DNA of 57,010 nt from an archaeon (GTDB taxonomy: Archaea > Nanobdellota > Nanobdellia > Pacearchaeales > GW2011-AR1), in assembly GCA_043797265.1 (NCBI GenBank), contig JAZDPV010000002.1, positions 1 to 57,010 of the forward strand, given 5' to 3'. This document shows, piece by piece, positions 38,520 through 47,790 of the stretch; within the stretch, counting starts at the first letter, position 1; the number at the start of each line of letters is the position of its first letter. The position numbers and the translations under genes were made by a program. The notes under the pieces are model-generated. The model was not told the DNA's origin and made no database searches. It saw only the letters and a program-made list of their open reading frames with translations.

Positions 38520-39659
38520 CTATTTCTTCTGCACCTCATAAATCGCGACCACTTCATCCCCGCCCAAAATCCTATCAAACAACATAATATTATCAATCGA
38601 GCCATCCATAAAACTACCACCACTCCAGGAACCAATTAACATACTCTCAATATTCGTAGTGTCCCCAAGAATCGCAAGAGTAGCCTCCCCAGCTTTAACA
38701 GAATCGACATAATAAACAAAAGCCCCGTTATTATAATCATATTCCAAAATTAAATGATGCCAATTAAAATCAGTTATAACATTAGCAGACGAAGAAGCAC
38801 TCACCGCAGCAGTCCCATCATTAAAATAACAATTAACTCTCTTAGTAGTATTATAAAAATAAAAATCAAAATTACTATCCCCGCTACAGCTACTAAAACA
38901 CCTCTTAACAACTATTCTCTGAGACACATCAAGGGTATCAAATTTAACCCACGCAGAAATAGTCAACTTATTATTAAAATCCAAACTCCCATCATCCCCC
39001 ACACTCACATAATCCCCCGCCCCATCCAAACTCAAAACCCCATCAACCAACTCATCCCCCTCACCATAAATAACCCCGTTATTATCTCCCCAACCATCAT
39101 CAGCATCCCCGCTAAAAGTCCAAATCGAAACCAGCCCGTCCGTCGGCACCTCGTAAAAATAATCCCCGCCCAAATCGTAAACGCTCCCCTGAACTTCGCT
39201 AATGCTTTTCGCCGGCAAATTCGCCGTCGACGTCACCGAGCCCTCTTTCTCCGCCCCATTCTTCCCGACAAAAATCGGCGAAGCAGCGACGCTGTCCGGC
39301 ACCCCGTAACTCGACAAGTCAAAAGCGTAAACTTTCGTCTGCCCCGAATTCGGCGCAACCACCGTCGACGAAACCGAATTCCCGTCGATAGAAAACGAAA
39401 TCTTAATCCGCTCCATCACGCCCTCGTCAACTTCCCTCTTCACCTGCACCGTCGCAACCTCCCGCATCGGATCATAAACCGTGTATCCCCCCGACGACAA
39501 AACGCTCACCCGCCCATCTAAATCCTGAAAATCAAAACTCTCCCGAACCATCGGCAAAATCCCGACCCAAATTATCGCAACCCCCGCGACCGTTATTAAA
39601 ATAATCAGAACAGTCGCGACAATCGCACTAATCCCCTTTTTCATAAAATCCATTACCAA
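38520..39659 (-). CDS. Type IV pilin N-terminus fused to a LamG/concanavalin A-like lectin domain
   Basis: KKG|ISAIVATVLIILIT; GLVSIWTF, TISAWVK, WHH, GSIDNIMLFDRIL. Confidence 0.88.
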   Translation of the reverse strand: MVMDFMKKGISAIVATVLIILITVAGVAIIWVGILPMVRESFDFQDLDGRVSVLSSGGYTVYDPMREVATVQVKREVDEGVMERIKISFSIDGNSVSSTVVAPNSGQTKVYAFDLSSYGVPDSVAASPIFVGKNGAEKEGSVTSTANLPAKSISEVQGSVYDLGGDYFYEVPTDGLVSIWTFSGDADDGWGDNNGVIYGEGDELVDGVLSLDGAGDYVSVGDDGSLDFNNKLTISAWVKFDTLDVSQRIVVKRCFSSCSGDSNFDFYFYNTTKRVNCYFNDGTAAVSASSSANVITDFNWHHLILEYDYNNGAFVYYVDSVKAGEATLAILGDTTNIESMLIGSWSGGSFMDGSIDNIMLFDRILGGDEVVAIYEVQKK

Positions 39660-39676
39660 TCAAACTATTTAAAATT

Positions 39677-39793
39677 ACTCACAAAACTAATTTTGATTTT
39701 CGATAGGAAATTTCGCCGTGTAAAAATTTCTGCAGTGTATTCAAATACATAAAGAAATTTTTACCAAGAAATTACCAGCGAAAATTGAAATTA
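39677..39793. mobile_element. MITE-like ~110-bp palindromic element, copy 2
   Basis: Near-identical to 12812-12926; ends on the TAA of the TadC-like gene. Confidence 0.75.
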
Positions 39794-41986
39794 GGTCAAA
39801 TTCGCCAACGCAACCGCCCCAATCACCGTCAACACAACAATCGAAACCACCGCAACAATCGTATACAAAACAATCGTCGTCCTCAAATTCCTCCCCGTCT
39901 GCGCCGTCGCCATCAACGGGTCCCGCCCCGCCTTAATCATCACCAGCGTCGAACTCAAAATAAAAACTATCTCGACCAAATAAATCCCGACGATAACCTG
40001 CAGCCAATAAGTCGGAATCATTTTCGTCACATCAAAAATAGAAAGTATCCCAACAATCCCCCCGCTCCCAATCTCAGCCGTATTTCCAAGTTCCCCGCCA
40101 GTCAACATCGCCGACAAGCTCCCAAGAATCGTCGTTATCATTCCCGCCAACCCGACAATAATTCCCGCCAGCAACGGCGCCAAAAAAGTCATGTTCGACT
40201 TCATGTCCGAAACAATCCCTGCCAGCAAATCATTCAACCTCTCGTTTATCTTCTTGATATTCTTCACGTAATCGCTAATCGACATCAAACTCCTCGCCGC
40301 AACCCTCAGCCCCTTCTTCACCGAATCAACCAGAATTCTCATCGAAGTCGCAATCAACTGCGACGGATAAAACACAACCGCACCACGCTTCGGGTCAAAC
40401 AACGCCCGCTCCAAACTCATCCCTAACTGCTGAATATTCTCGTTCACAATCTTGAAAAACCCCTCTGTCGCCGTCCCCCTCGTCGAATCAACCATCTTCG
40501 CAAACGCAATCTCCGCCGGCACCCCATCCCCTATCCTGTTCCCCAGCTGAAACAGCGACGACGTAAACTGACTCTCAACTTCCTTATACTTATTCCTCGT
40601 ATCCAAAATATCCCTCGTCTTCTCCCTGAACGCGACAATAAAAACAACCGCAATAGAAATAGGAATACACAAACTCATCAACAACGCCAACGAACCAAAC
40701 GGCCCGCTCACGACTCCAGCCTTATCCGTCATAATCCCAAACACTCCGCTCTTCCCCAAAAATCCAAGTCCCAACTCCGTCCAGCTATAATCCCTCGCCA
40801 TCCCCAACCAAATCGGCAAATTAGTATATCTCCACAAAATCGGAATCAACCCGACGACAAAAATCGGCAACGCAATAAAAAATCCTTTCCAATATCCAGC
40901 ATTGCTCTTATACCTCGGATACAACGGATTTTTCTCCAGCAAACTCGTCTCGCCATAACCCCCCGGCCTCTGCATCATGATATTATTCGTCAAATACAAA
41001 ACCAAAAACGGAATCATAATATTAAAAATCAAAAGCACATGCCACCACTTAATCGCCCCGCCAAGCATCGTCGACGCCAACGGCAAAATCGCTAAAGCCA
41101 GCGTCGGCAAAACAATCCCCAGCATATAAACATTTGTCAGCGGCGCGTTCACCTCGTGCGTATATTTCAACATCTTATCATAAACCCCGTCAAGAATAAC
41201 TTGCAACGACTTCTCCAAAACCCCAACCCTCCTCGCCTCGTCCGGCTCATATAAACTCGACTCAATCAAATGAAACGCCTCAATAAACTCCAAACTATAA
41301 TCCCTCCATCCCTCCAAATAATTATCAATGCTATCTTTTATCGTCGAGAACCGCCCAACCTCAACATCCCAAAAAATCTTGCTGAAATCCAAACTCAACG
41401 GCGCTTCCAAATGTTCCGCCGCAAACGCAACAGCCTTCTCAAAATTCGAAGTATGCTTCATGTAAATCACAATATACAAAATCGCCGGCACCATCTGCGA
41501 CGACGCCTTCAGCCGCCACTTCATCGCCAACCTGTCCGGCACCCTCGACGTATAATAAAACAAAAATATCTCAAACACAAAAATAAAAAACAACATCATC
41601 CAAGAAAACGGCCCACCCAGCAACCAAATCCCCAGAAGCAAAAACACGCCCGCAAACAAAGTCAAAAACAAAACCATCGTCGAAAAAACCACAACCTCCG
41701 ACGCTGTCAAACTCAAATGCGCAATCTCGACGTTTCTCTCAATCCTGACCCTGTCCCTCTCGCCAACCTTAATCCTAAAAACATTCCCCAGCGACTTGCA
41801 CCACCTCTCATATCGCGAAAACTCCGGCAACATCGACGACTTAAATTTTTCATAACTCTTCGAAAAACGCCCGTCGCCCGTCGCCCGTCGCCCGTCGCCC
41901 TGCTCAAACCCCCGCATTTGCTTTTCAATCCTCGCCCCATACTTCCTTAAAATATCATCAGTGCTAACCATCTCTCCATAATACAC
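39791..41986 (-). CDS. Type II/IV secretion membrane platform protein (TadC/ArlJ-like)
   Basis: Multi-TM protein with two T2SSF-like halves (LGNRIGDGVPAEIAF); same strand and cluster as the ATPase. Confidence 0.82.
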   Translation of the reverse strand: MYYGEMVSTDDILRKYGARIEKQMRGFEQGDGRRATGDGRFSKSYEKFKSSMLPEFSRYERWCKSLGNVFRIKVGERDRVRIERNVEIAHLSLTASEVVVFSTMVLFLTLFAGVFLLLGIWLLGGPFSWMMLFFIFVFEIFLFYYTSRVPDRLAMKWRLKASSQMVPAILYIVIYMKHTSNFEKAVAFAAEHLEAPLSLDFSKIFWDVEVGRFSTIKDSIDNYLEGWRDYSLEFIEAFHLIESSLYEPDEARRVGVLEKSLQVILDGVYDKMLKYTHEVNAPLTNVYMLGIVLPTLALAILPLASTMLGGAIKWWHVLLIFNIMIPFLVLYLTNNIMMQRPGGYGETSLLEKNPLYPRYKSNAGYWKGFFIALPIFVVGLIPILWRYTNLPIWLGMARDYSWTELGLGFLGKSGVFGIMTDKAGVVSGPFGSLALLMSLCIPISIAVVFIVAFREKTRDILDTRNKYKEVESQFTSSLFQLGNRIGDGVPAEIAFAKMVDSTRGTATEGFFKIVNENIQQLGMSLERALFDPKRGAVVFYPSQLIATSMRILVDSVKKGLRVAARSLMSISDYVKNIKKINERLNDLLAGIVSDMKSNMTFLAPLLAGIIVGLAGMITTILGSLSAMLTGGELGNTAEIGSGGIVGILSIFDVTKMIPTYWLQVIVGIYLVEIVFILSSTLVMIKAGRDPLMATAQTGRNLRTTIVLYTIVAVVSIVVLTVIGAVALANLT

Positions 41987-42042
41987 ACCAACAAGACTTT
42001 ATATTTTTAATTGAGGCCAATCTCGCCCACCCGCAAAAATTC

Positions 42043-42396
42043 CTACCTCTCCCAAGGATGCCACCCAGCTATCTCATTAGCAAAACTCATCTTCTTCACC
42101 AAGGCAACAGCATCACCACCCGAATACAAAGGCTTCCTCTCGTCAATATTAATCGGTTCGCGAGAACCCGCCCTTTCTCTTATTTCTTCCATGGGGAATT
42201 CATATATACGCAAAAACTCCCCGTCACTCGTAAGCACCTGAACGTCGCAGCCCGAATCTCCAGACTCTCTATATAAAACAACTGGGCTTTCAGACAAAAC
42301 CACCCCATTAAATCCGCATCCAGTCCCTCGAGAACCATGAAGGGGCACAAACCCCGCCCCAAAAATCTTCCCAATACTCAACCCATCCAAATCCAT
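42043..42396 (-). CDS. Hypothetical protein, tandem paralog A
   Basis: GFNG..LS...YR...DV.VL..DG...Y.F...PI...SG pattern shared with the next ORF. Confidence 0.7.
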   Translation of the reverse strand: MDLDGLSIGKIFGAGFVPLHGSRGTGCGFNGVVLSESPVVLYRESGDSGCDVQVLTSDGEFLRIYEFPMEEIRERAGSREPINIDERKPLYSGGDAVALVKKMSFANEIAGWHPWER

Positions 42397-42493
42397 ATAC
42401 GCAAAAAAAACACACCTTTATAAAAATTTATATCCCTAACTCCCCTATCTTAAACAACAACCCAAAACGACTTTATATTTTTATTGAACAGAA

Positions 42494-42809
42494 TTACCTT
42501 GTTAAAAAGTAATCCAAAGCTTCCATGCCAGAACACACAGGGCACTTCTTGCTAACGTCTATGGGCTTATGTTGCAACATTCTACTTTTCATCTCATCGC
42601 TTGAAAATCGATACATATACCAATCTTTGCCGTCGCCAACAAGCACCTCAACATCTTGACAAAACTTTGCATTAAATCTGTAAAAAATAAAAGGGAAATC
42701 ATCAGACAAAATCGACCCATTAAATCCATGTGTGGTCGCCGGCAAACTATTAATAGAGAAACGCCTCTGCCTCTCTCATTTTTTCAAAATCTAAATCATC
42801 CAAACTCAT
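42494..42809 (-). pseudogene. Hypothetical protein, tandem paralog B (one extra base near 42760-42770)
   Basis: MSLDDLDFEK at 42809 aligns with MDLDGLSIGK of paralog A; removing 1 nt gives identical spacing to GFNG. Confidence 0.6.
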
Positions 42810-42856
42810 ACTCGACTCAACAACTCCGACTTTTTAAAAATTTATATACTCAAATA

Positions 42857-42893
42857 AAAATCCGTGTTAGCCCGTGTTAGTCCGCGTGCTATT
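42857..42893. repeat. Triple ~10-bp repeat overlapping the GxxExxY stop
   Basis: AAAATCCGTG-TTAGCCCGTG-TTAGTCCGCG-TGCTATT; encodes the STRTNTG* tail. Confidence 0.88.
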
Positions 42894-43307
42894 CTTCTCA
42901 ATATAATAACCTTCCCTTTTAACATCCACATTCTTCTTCACAACAATATCATAAACCTTCCTTTTAACCTCGGGCTTTTGTCCAAAATTCAACAACAACC
43001 CAACCCCTTTATCAGTCGCTCTCAAATAATTCAAAAGCTGTTTCTCTTCAGCCCCGCCCAACTCCCTTATCGCCTTAATTTCAACAACAACTTTCCCTTC
43101 GACAATAAAGTCAGCACAATAATCCCCAACAACAACCTTCCTATAAACAATATTAATAGGAACTTGCCTCTCAAATCTTAAACCCAAACTACCAAACTCG
43201 ACAGCCAATGCCCTCTCATAAACCTTCTCTAAAAATCCATAACCAAGTTCATCATAAACCCGATAAAACGCCCCAATAATTTTCTCAGTCAATTCTTCAT
43301 ACTTCAT
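42867..43307 (-). CDS. GxxExxY protein (PD-(D/E)XK nuclease superfamily)
   Basis: LGYGFLEKVY, ADFIVEGKVVVEIKA, QLLNYL, GLLLNFG. Confidence 0.93.
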   Translation of the reverse strand: MKYEELTEKIIGAFYRVYDELGYGFLEKVYERALAVEFGSLGLRFERQVPINIVYRKVVVGDYCADFIVEGKVVVEIKAIRELGGAEEKQLLNYLRATDKGVGLLLNFGQKPEVKRKVYDIVVKKNVDVKREGYYIEKNSTRTNTG

Positions 43308-45589
43308 AATCCAACTCTTTTCGACTCCTTCTCAAGCCAAGATTTCCAAGAAGGGAAAACTCTCTCGCTAACCGGCAATCCAACCTCTTCACTAACCTCG
43401 TCGCTAATCTGATGAAAAACATTATTCGACTTCACGCTAAACTCCGCCTCTAATAATTCCGGCTTTTCAATCTTATCAGAAAAAGAAACAACCTCCTGCT
43501 TAATCTTCTGTCTCAAAACAACATTGTCCCAAACCGCATCCCAATCCCCCGCCCAACCCCGAACATTCGCCGCAATCGCTTTCATTATCTCCGAATCCCC
43601 ATTAATCAAATCCTCCGTCGGCTTCATCATGTCCGCCTTCACATCATACTTCATCAAATCAACAAAACCGCCCTCAACCAACGGGTCCTTCGTCCAATGT
43701 TTTCTAACTTCCGCAATTTCCAAAACCCGACGCCACGAATGTAAACCGTCCGCCGACTTAATCGGGTTAGCAACGACAATCAAGTCCGTCGCCTTGAACG
43801 AAGTAATCGGCACGCCCAAATCATTAACAACCCTGTCAAAAACCGCGTAAGGCGAAGCCCCGTGAATCGTCCCAGCAACGACATTCGCCAACGCCCCAAC
43901 TCTCATCGCTTCATACAGCGCCCTCGCCTCCCCCGACCGAATCTCGCCGACAATCAAACTCGAATCACCCAAACGCAACGACGCTCTAATCCCCTCCTCC
44001 GCCGCGACCTCCGTCGACTCGCCCGCCAAAGCCGACCGCACCTTCATCGACAAAATATCATAATCCAGTTTCCTCATCGCGCCAACCGGCAATTCCAAAG
44101 TATCCTCGACCGTGATAATCCTATGATTCGACATTATCTCCAGCAACAACGCCCCAAGCAAACTCGTCTTCCCCGATGACCTCGTCCCCGCAACCAACAT
44201 CGTCCTCGCCCCGTCAATCATAAAACTCAGTAACCCCGCCCCCAAACTATCAATCATTTTATTCTTGACAAACAACGGCAACGTCCACGGCTTGCTACGA
44301 TGCCTCCTCAAACTATAAGCCAGCCCACCCGCCGACAACGGCTCCTGAATAATCGCGACCCTCGCACTAATCCCGCTCAACTCCAAATTGGTATCCAAAA
44401 TCGGATTCGCCTCGTCCAACGCCCGCCCGGAAATCATCCTGAACTTCGCCGCCCAAGAATCCGCGTCCTCCATCGACGGAACCAAATTCGTAATGCACTC
44501 ATCAAAATCATTGTGCCTCACAAAAATCGGCGACAACGAAACCGGCGCGTTCACCATAATATCCTGCAGCGACTCATCCTCCAGCAAAACCTCAAGAACC
44601 CCGAACCCAATCGTGTGCCTCACTAAAATATTCGCCAGCTTCGTCAACTCCCCATGACTCAAGCCAACCTTCTTATTCCCCGCCAAATCACTCAGCAAAT
44701 CTCTCGCCACATTAAAAAAAACCTGACGCGTCCTCTCCGGGTCACTAAACTCCTCCGCCGTCGGCCGATGCTCAATCATAACATTCCTCGCCAGATTCAA
44801 CAACATATGATGGTCTTCGTCGAGCAAATACTCCGGCGGCGACAAATGATAAATCAACTTCGCCCTGTCCGGCATCCTGTAAATCGTAACCAAACTCTTA
44901 TCGTGCCCCTTCGCAATCGAATACTGCTTCACAATCTCGGCATCATCCGGTATCCGCGCAACCATCCTCGTGAAAGTAAAATTCGGCATGACATCCGCCC
45001 GAAAAACCTCCGAATAAATATTCCTGTCCCCGGCAGAATAAGAATCAAAAAAATCCCTCAACCTCTTGATAATTTCAAGCTCATCAAAAAGCCCAACAAC
45101 TCTCTCCAAAACCCTGACATACTCTCCAACCTCCGACTTCCGACCTCCGATTTCCGACTTCGCGCGAAGCGCGAAGAGCATCCCCTTCAACTCGCGATAA
45201 GCCTTCACCGGATCAGCCACAAAAATCTCATTAATAACCCGATTAAAAAAAGCATAAGCATCATAATAAAAAGTTCCCAGCGACGACAATTTCTCCGGCG
45301 AAACAATCTTCTCCTGCTTCGTCAAAAAATTATAAAGATTCCCAACCTCGACCAGCATCTTAACCTGCTTAAAATCATGCGAATAATTTCTCTGCTGCAC
45401 AAACACAATCCGCGCAACATTTGACTCCTCTCTTAGATTATCAACCGTCTTCCCCATCACCTCCGCCGAATCAACCAGCGACGGCACAAACTTCGCCCCA
45501 AGATAATTCACATACATCACATTCTCCCCGCTCTCCCGAACAATCTCATAAGAATACAACGGCGCATCCGCCTTAAACATCACAGACAA
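43304..45589 (-). CDS. Type II/IV secretion / pilus assembly ATPase (TadA/ArlI-like)
   Basis: Walker A GTRSSGKTS, VEDTLEL, LIVGEIRSGEA, GTIH; start may be ATG 45580. Confidence 0.93.
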   Translation of the reverse strand: MSVMFKADAPLYSYEIVRESGENVMYVNYLGAKFVPSLVDSAEVMGKTVDNLREESNVARIVFVQQRNYSHDFKQVKMLVEVGNLYNFLTKQEKIVSPEKLSSLGTFYYDAYAFFNRVINEIFVADPVKAYRELKGMLFALRAKSEIGGRKSEVGEYVRVLERVVGLFDELEIIKRLRDFFDSYSAGDRNIYSEVFRADVMPNFTFTRMVARIPDDAEIVKQYSIAKGHDKSLVTIYRMPDRAKLIYHLSPPEYLLDEDHHMLLNLARNVMIEHRPTAEEFSDPERTRQVFFNVARDLLSDLAGNKKVGLSHGELTKLANILVRHTIGFGVLEVLLEDESLQDIMVNAPVSLSPIFVRHNDFDECITNLVPSMEDADSWAAKFRMISGRALDEANPILDTNLELSGISARVAIIQEPLSAGGLAYSLRRHRSKPWTLPLFVKNKMIDSLGAGLLSFMIDGARTMLVAGTRSSGKTSLLGALLLEIMSNHRIITVEDTLELPVGAMRKLDYDILSMKVRSALAGESTEVAAEEGIRASLRLGDSSLIVGEIRSGEARALYEAMRVGALANVVAGTIHGASPYAVFDRVVNDLGVPITSFKATDLIVVANPIKSADGLHSWRRVLEIAEVRKHWTKDPLVEGGFVDLMKYDVKADMMKPTEDLINGDSEIMKAIAANVRGWAGDWDAVWDNVVLRQKIKQEVVSFSDKIEKPELLEAEFSVKSNNVFHQISDEVSEEVGLPVSERVFPSWKSWLEKESKRVGL

Positions 45590-45673
45590 TCACCTCCATC
45601 ATTAACCACTAAAACAAAAACACATATTAAAATATATGTATCCTAAATAATCACTTAACAAAATTCCAAAACC

Positions 45674-45710
45674 AAATCTGTGCGCATCTGTGTGTATCCG
45701 TGCGCAATTT
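45674..45710. repeat. Triple ~10-bp repeat downstream of the second GxxExxY gene
   Basis: AAATCTGTG-CGCATCTGTG-TGTATCCGTG-CGCAATTT. Confidence 0.75.
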
Positions 45711-45749
45711 TTCCAACAAACAAGTTACACCAACAAACAAGTTACGCCC

Positions 45750-46144
45750 TCACTCCCAAACCCTCTTCTTCAGCTCATTATCATAAACCCTCCGCTTTAC
45801 CTCTGGTCTCAAACCATAATTCAAAATCAACCCCACCTCCTTATCTGTGGACCTCAAATAATTCATCAATTGATTTTCATCTTGTCGAGACAACTCCCGA
45901 ATAGCTTTTATCTCCACAATAACTTTCCCCTCAATCAAAAAATCCACAACATAATCACCAACGATATTCCCCTTATAAAAACCTTAACGGGATACTGATT
46001 AACATACTTCAGCCCCGTCTTATCAAATTCCAGACACATCGCCTTCTCATAAACCTTCTCCAAAAAACCATACCCAAGAATATTATAAACCTCATAAAAT
46101 ATCTTAATAATTTCGCCAGTAATTTCATCACGCTCCATTTTCAT
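45750..46144 (-). pseudogene. Second GxxExxY protein, frameshifted (one T missing in the run at 45977-45981)
   Basis: LGYGFLEKVY half and DFLIEGKVIVEIKA...QLMNYL half lie in different frames; adding one T restores VFYKGNIVGDYVVDF. Confidence 0.85.
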
Positions 46145-46188
46145 TTATTATCCTCAACAATTATAAACCTACTCCCCCATAAATTATA

Positions 46189-46581
46189 ATGGAACAACAA
46201 GACACCAGCGGCCAAATCCAATTTCTTCTAACAGATTTCAACACGCGCCTCCGAGACATCGACGAAAGAAACCGCCTCATCAGAGAACGAGTTTTATTGC
46301 TCGGAAAAAACCTAATCTCCTCGCGCCAGGATATTGAAGAAGAACTCAAAGAAATAAAAAAAGAAAACCAGGAAATAAAAAAAGACCTCAACGAAATCAA
46401 AAAGACCTCGAACAGATTAATATCTGAATTCGGCAAATTTATTAAAAGAGAAGAAATAACCATAATCGAAAGAATGCTCAAAGATTTTCAGCCACTAGAA
46501 TTCATGAGAAAAAAGGACGTCGAAGAATTAATAGAAAACAAAACAAAGAAACAAATAAATACTACAAAACTCTCCTCCTAA
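46189..46581 (+). CDS. Coiled-coil hypothetical protein
   Basis: Heptad-rich 130-aa ORF; TATA at about 46161. Confidence 0.78.
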   Translation: MEQQDTSGQIQFLLTDFNTRLRDIDERNRLIRERVLLLGKNLISSRQDIEEELKEIKKENQEIKKDLNEIKKTSNRLISEFGKFIKREEITIIERMLKDFQPLEFMRKKDVEELIENKTKKQINTTKLSS

Positions 46582-46582
46582 C

Positions 46583-47305
46583 ATGGCAACACTAGATAGA
46601 GTTATAGAAATGCAAAAAATGGGAATCTCCGACGAGGAAATTTCCATACGATTGCAAAACGAAGGACTCCGCCCCGCTGAAATCAACGACTCCCTGAATC
46701 AAGCAAAAATTAAAAACGCAATCTCGCCCTCGGGACAACCAACTTCACCGGGAATGCAGGAATCAATTATGCCAAACCCCGCAGGACAAACCTTACTCGC
46801 AGAACAACAGGCCTCTCGCCGGCCACTAACCAAAGAAATACAAACACAACCAACCTACCCGCAAAATTATCAACAACCAGCCCCGGAAATTTACCCGCCA
46901 CAACAATTTCAAGAACAACCTCAATATGACTACTACCAGGAAACTCCCCAGCCATACCCCCAGCAAGAATACTACGCCCCGCAACAATCTCTCGACACCG
47001 AAACAATATCTGAAATCGCCGAGCAAGTAACAACAGAAAAACTAAACGAATTCAAAAAGCAAATCGGCGACGTCGCATCATTCAAAACAGCAATCCAAGA
47101 CAAAGTCAACGACATCGACGACAGATTAAAACGAATCGAAAGAACAATCGACAACCTCCAACAATCAATCATCAGCAAAATAAGCGAATTCGGCGAAAAC
47201 AACGCGATGATTCACAAAGACCTCGACAATCTCCACGGCACCGTCTCAAAACTCATGAACCCACTAATCGACAACATCAACGCCCTCAAAAAAATCGCAA
47301 AATAA
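46583..47305 (+). CDS. Hypothetical protein: helical N-terminal domain, Q/P/Y-rich linker, coiled coil
   Basis: ORF composition; starts directly after the previous gene. Confidence 0.8.
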   Translation: MATLDRVIEMQKMGISDEEISIRLQNEGLRPAEINDSLNQAKIKNAISPSGQPTSPGMQESIMPNPAGQTLLAEQQASRRPLTKEIQTQPTYPQNYQQPAPEIYPPQQFQEQPQYDYYQETPQPYPQQEYYAPQQSLDTETISEIAEQVTTEKLNEFKKQIGDVASFKTAIQDKVNDIDDRLKRIERTIDNLQQSIISKISEFGENNAMIHKDLDNLHGTVSKLMNPLIDNINALKKIAK

Positions 47306-47310
47306 TCTCC

Positions 47311-47790
47311 TCACTTCACAGTAATTCTCCAGCTAATAACGCCAGCAATAATCAAAAGCAAAATCATCCCAAACCAATCACTACCAAACCAATCCTTAAC
47401 CATCCCCCAATTCAAAGCCCAATTAAAAACATACGCCGACGACACGACAAAAACAACCAAAATCACGACGAGCAAAACCCACGCAAACCAATTCCCCTTC
47501 CCTAAAAACTCGCCAATCTTAATCCCTGGAATAAACGCCAAAATAACCAACACAAAAAACAAAACAAAAACCAAGACACTCATCCACGCCGAACTAAACT
47601 GCACAAACTCAATCAGATTCGCCTCAATAATAAAAAACGCCGACAATATAAACGAAACAAAAAGCATCACCGCCGAACTCCCACCCAAAATTTGCGTCTT
47701 AACCAGCAACGCATAAATCACAATAAACACAAGCAAAAAAGCAAATATCGGAACAAAATATCCAATCGCCGAAAGAGATGCAGTTGCCAT
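47311..47790 (-). CDS. Multi-TM membrane protein, paralog 1 of 3
   Basis: FLLVFIVIYALLVKTQILG motif. Confidence 0.8.
   Translation of the reverse strand: MATASLSAIGYFVPIFAFLLVFIVIYALLVKTQILGGSSAVMLFVSFILSAFFIIEANLIEFVQFSSAWMSVLVFVLFFVLVILAFIPGIKIGEFLGKGNWFAWVLLVVILVVFVVSSAYVFNWALNWGMVKDWFGSDWFGMILLLIIAGVISWRITVK

Noticed and set aside
31412-45589. Archaellum (motility) operon
   Set aside because: No ArlH, ArlF/G or chemotaxis genes were recognised; the subunits look like pilins, not archaellins.
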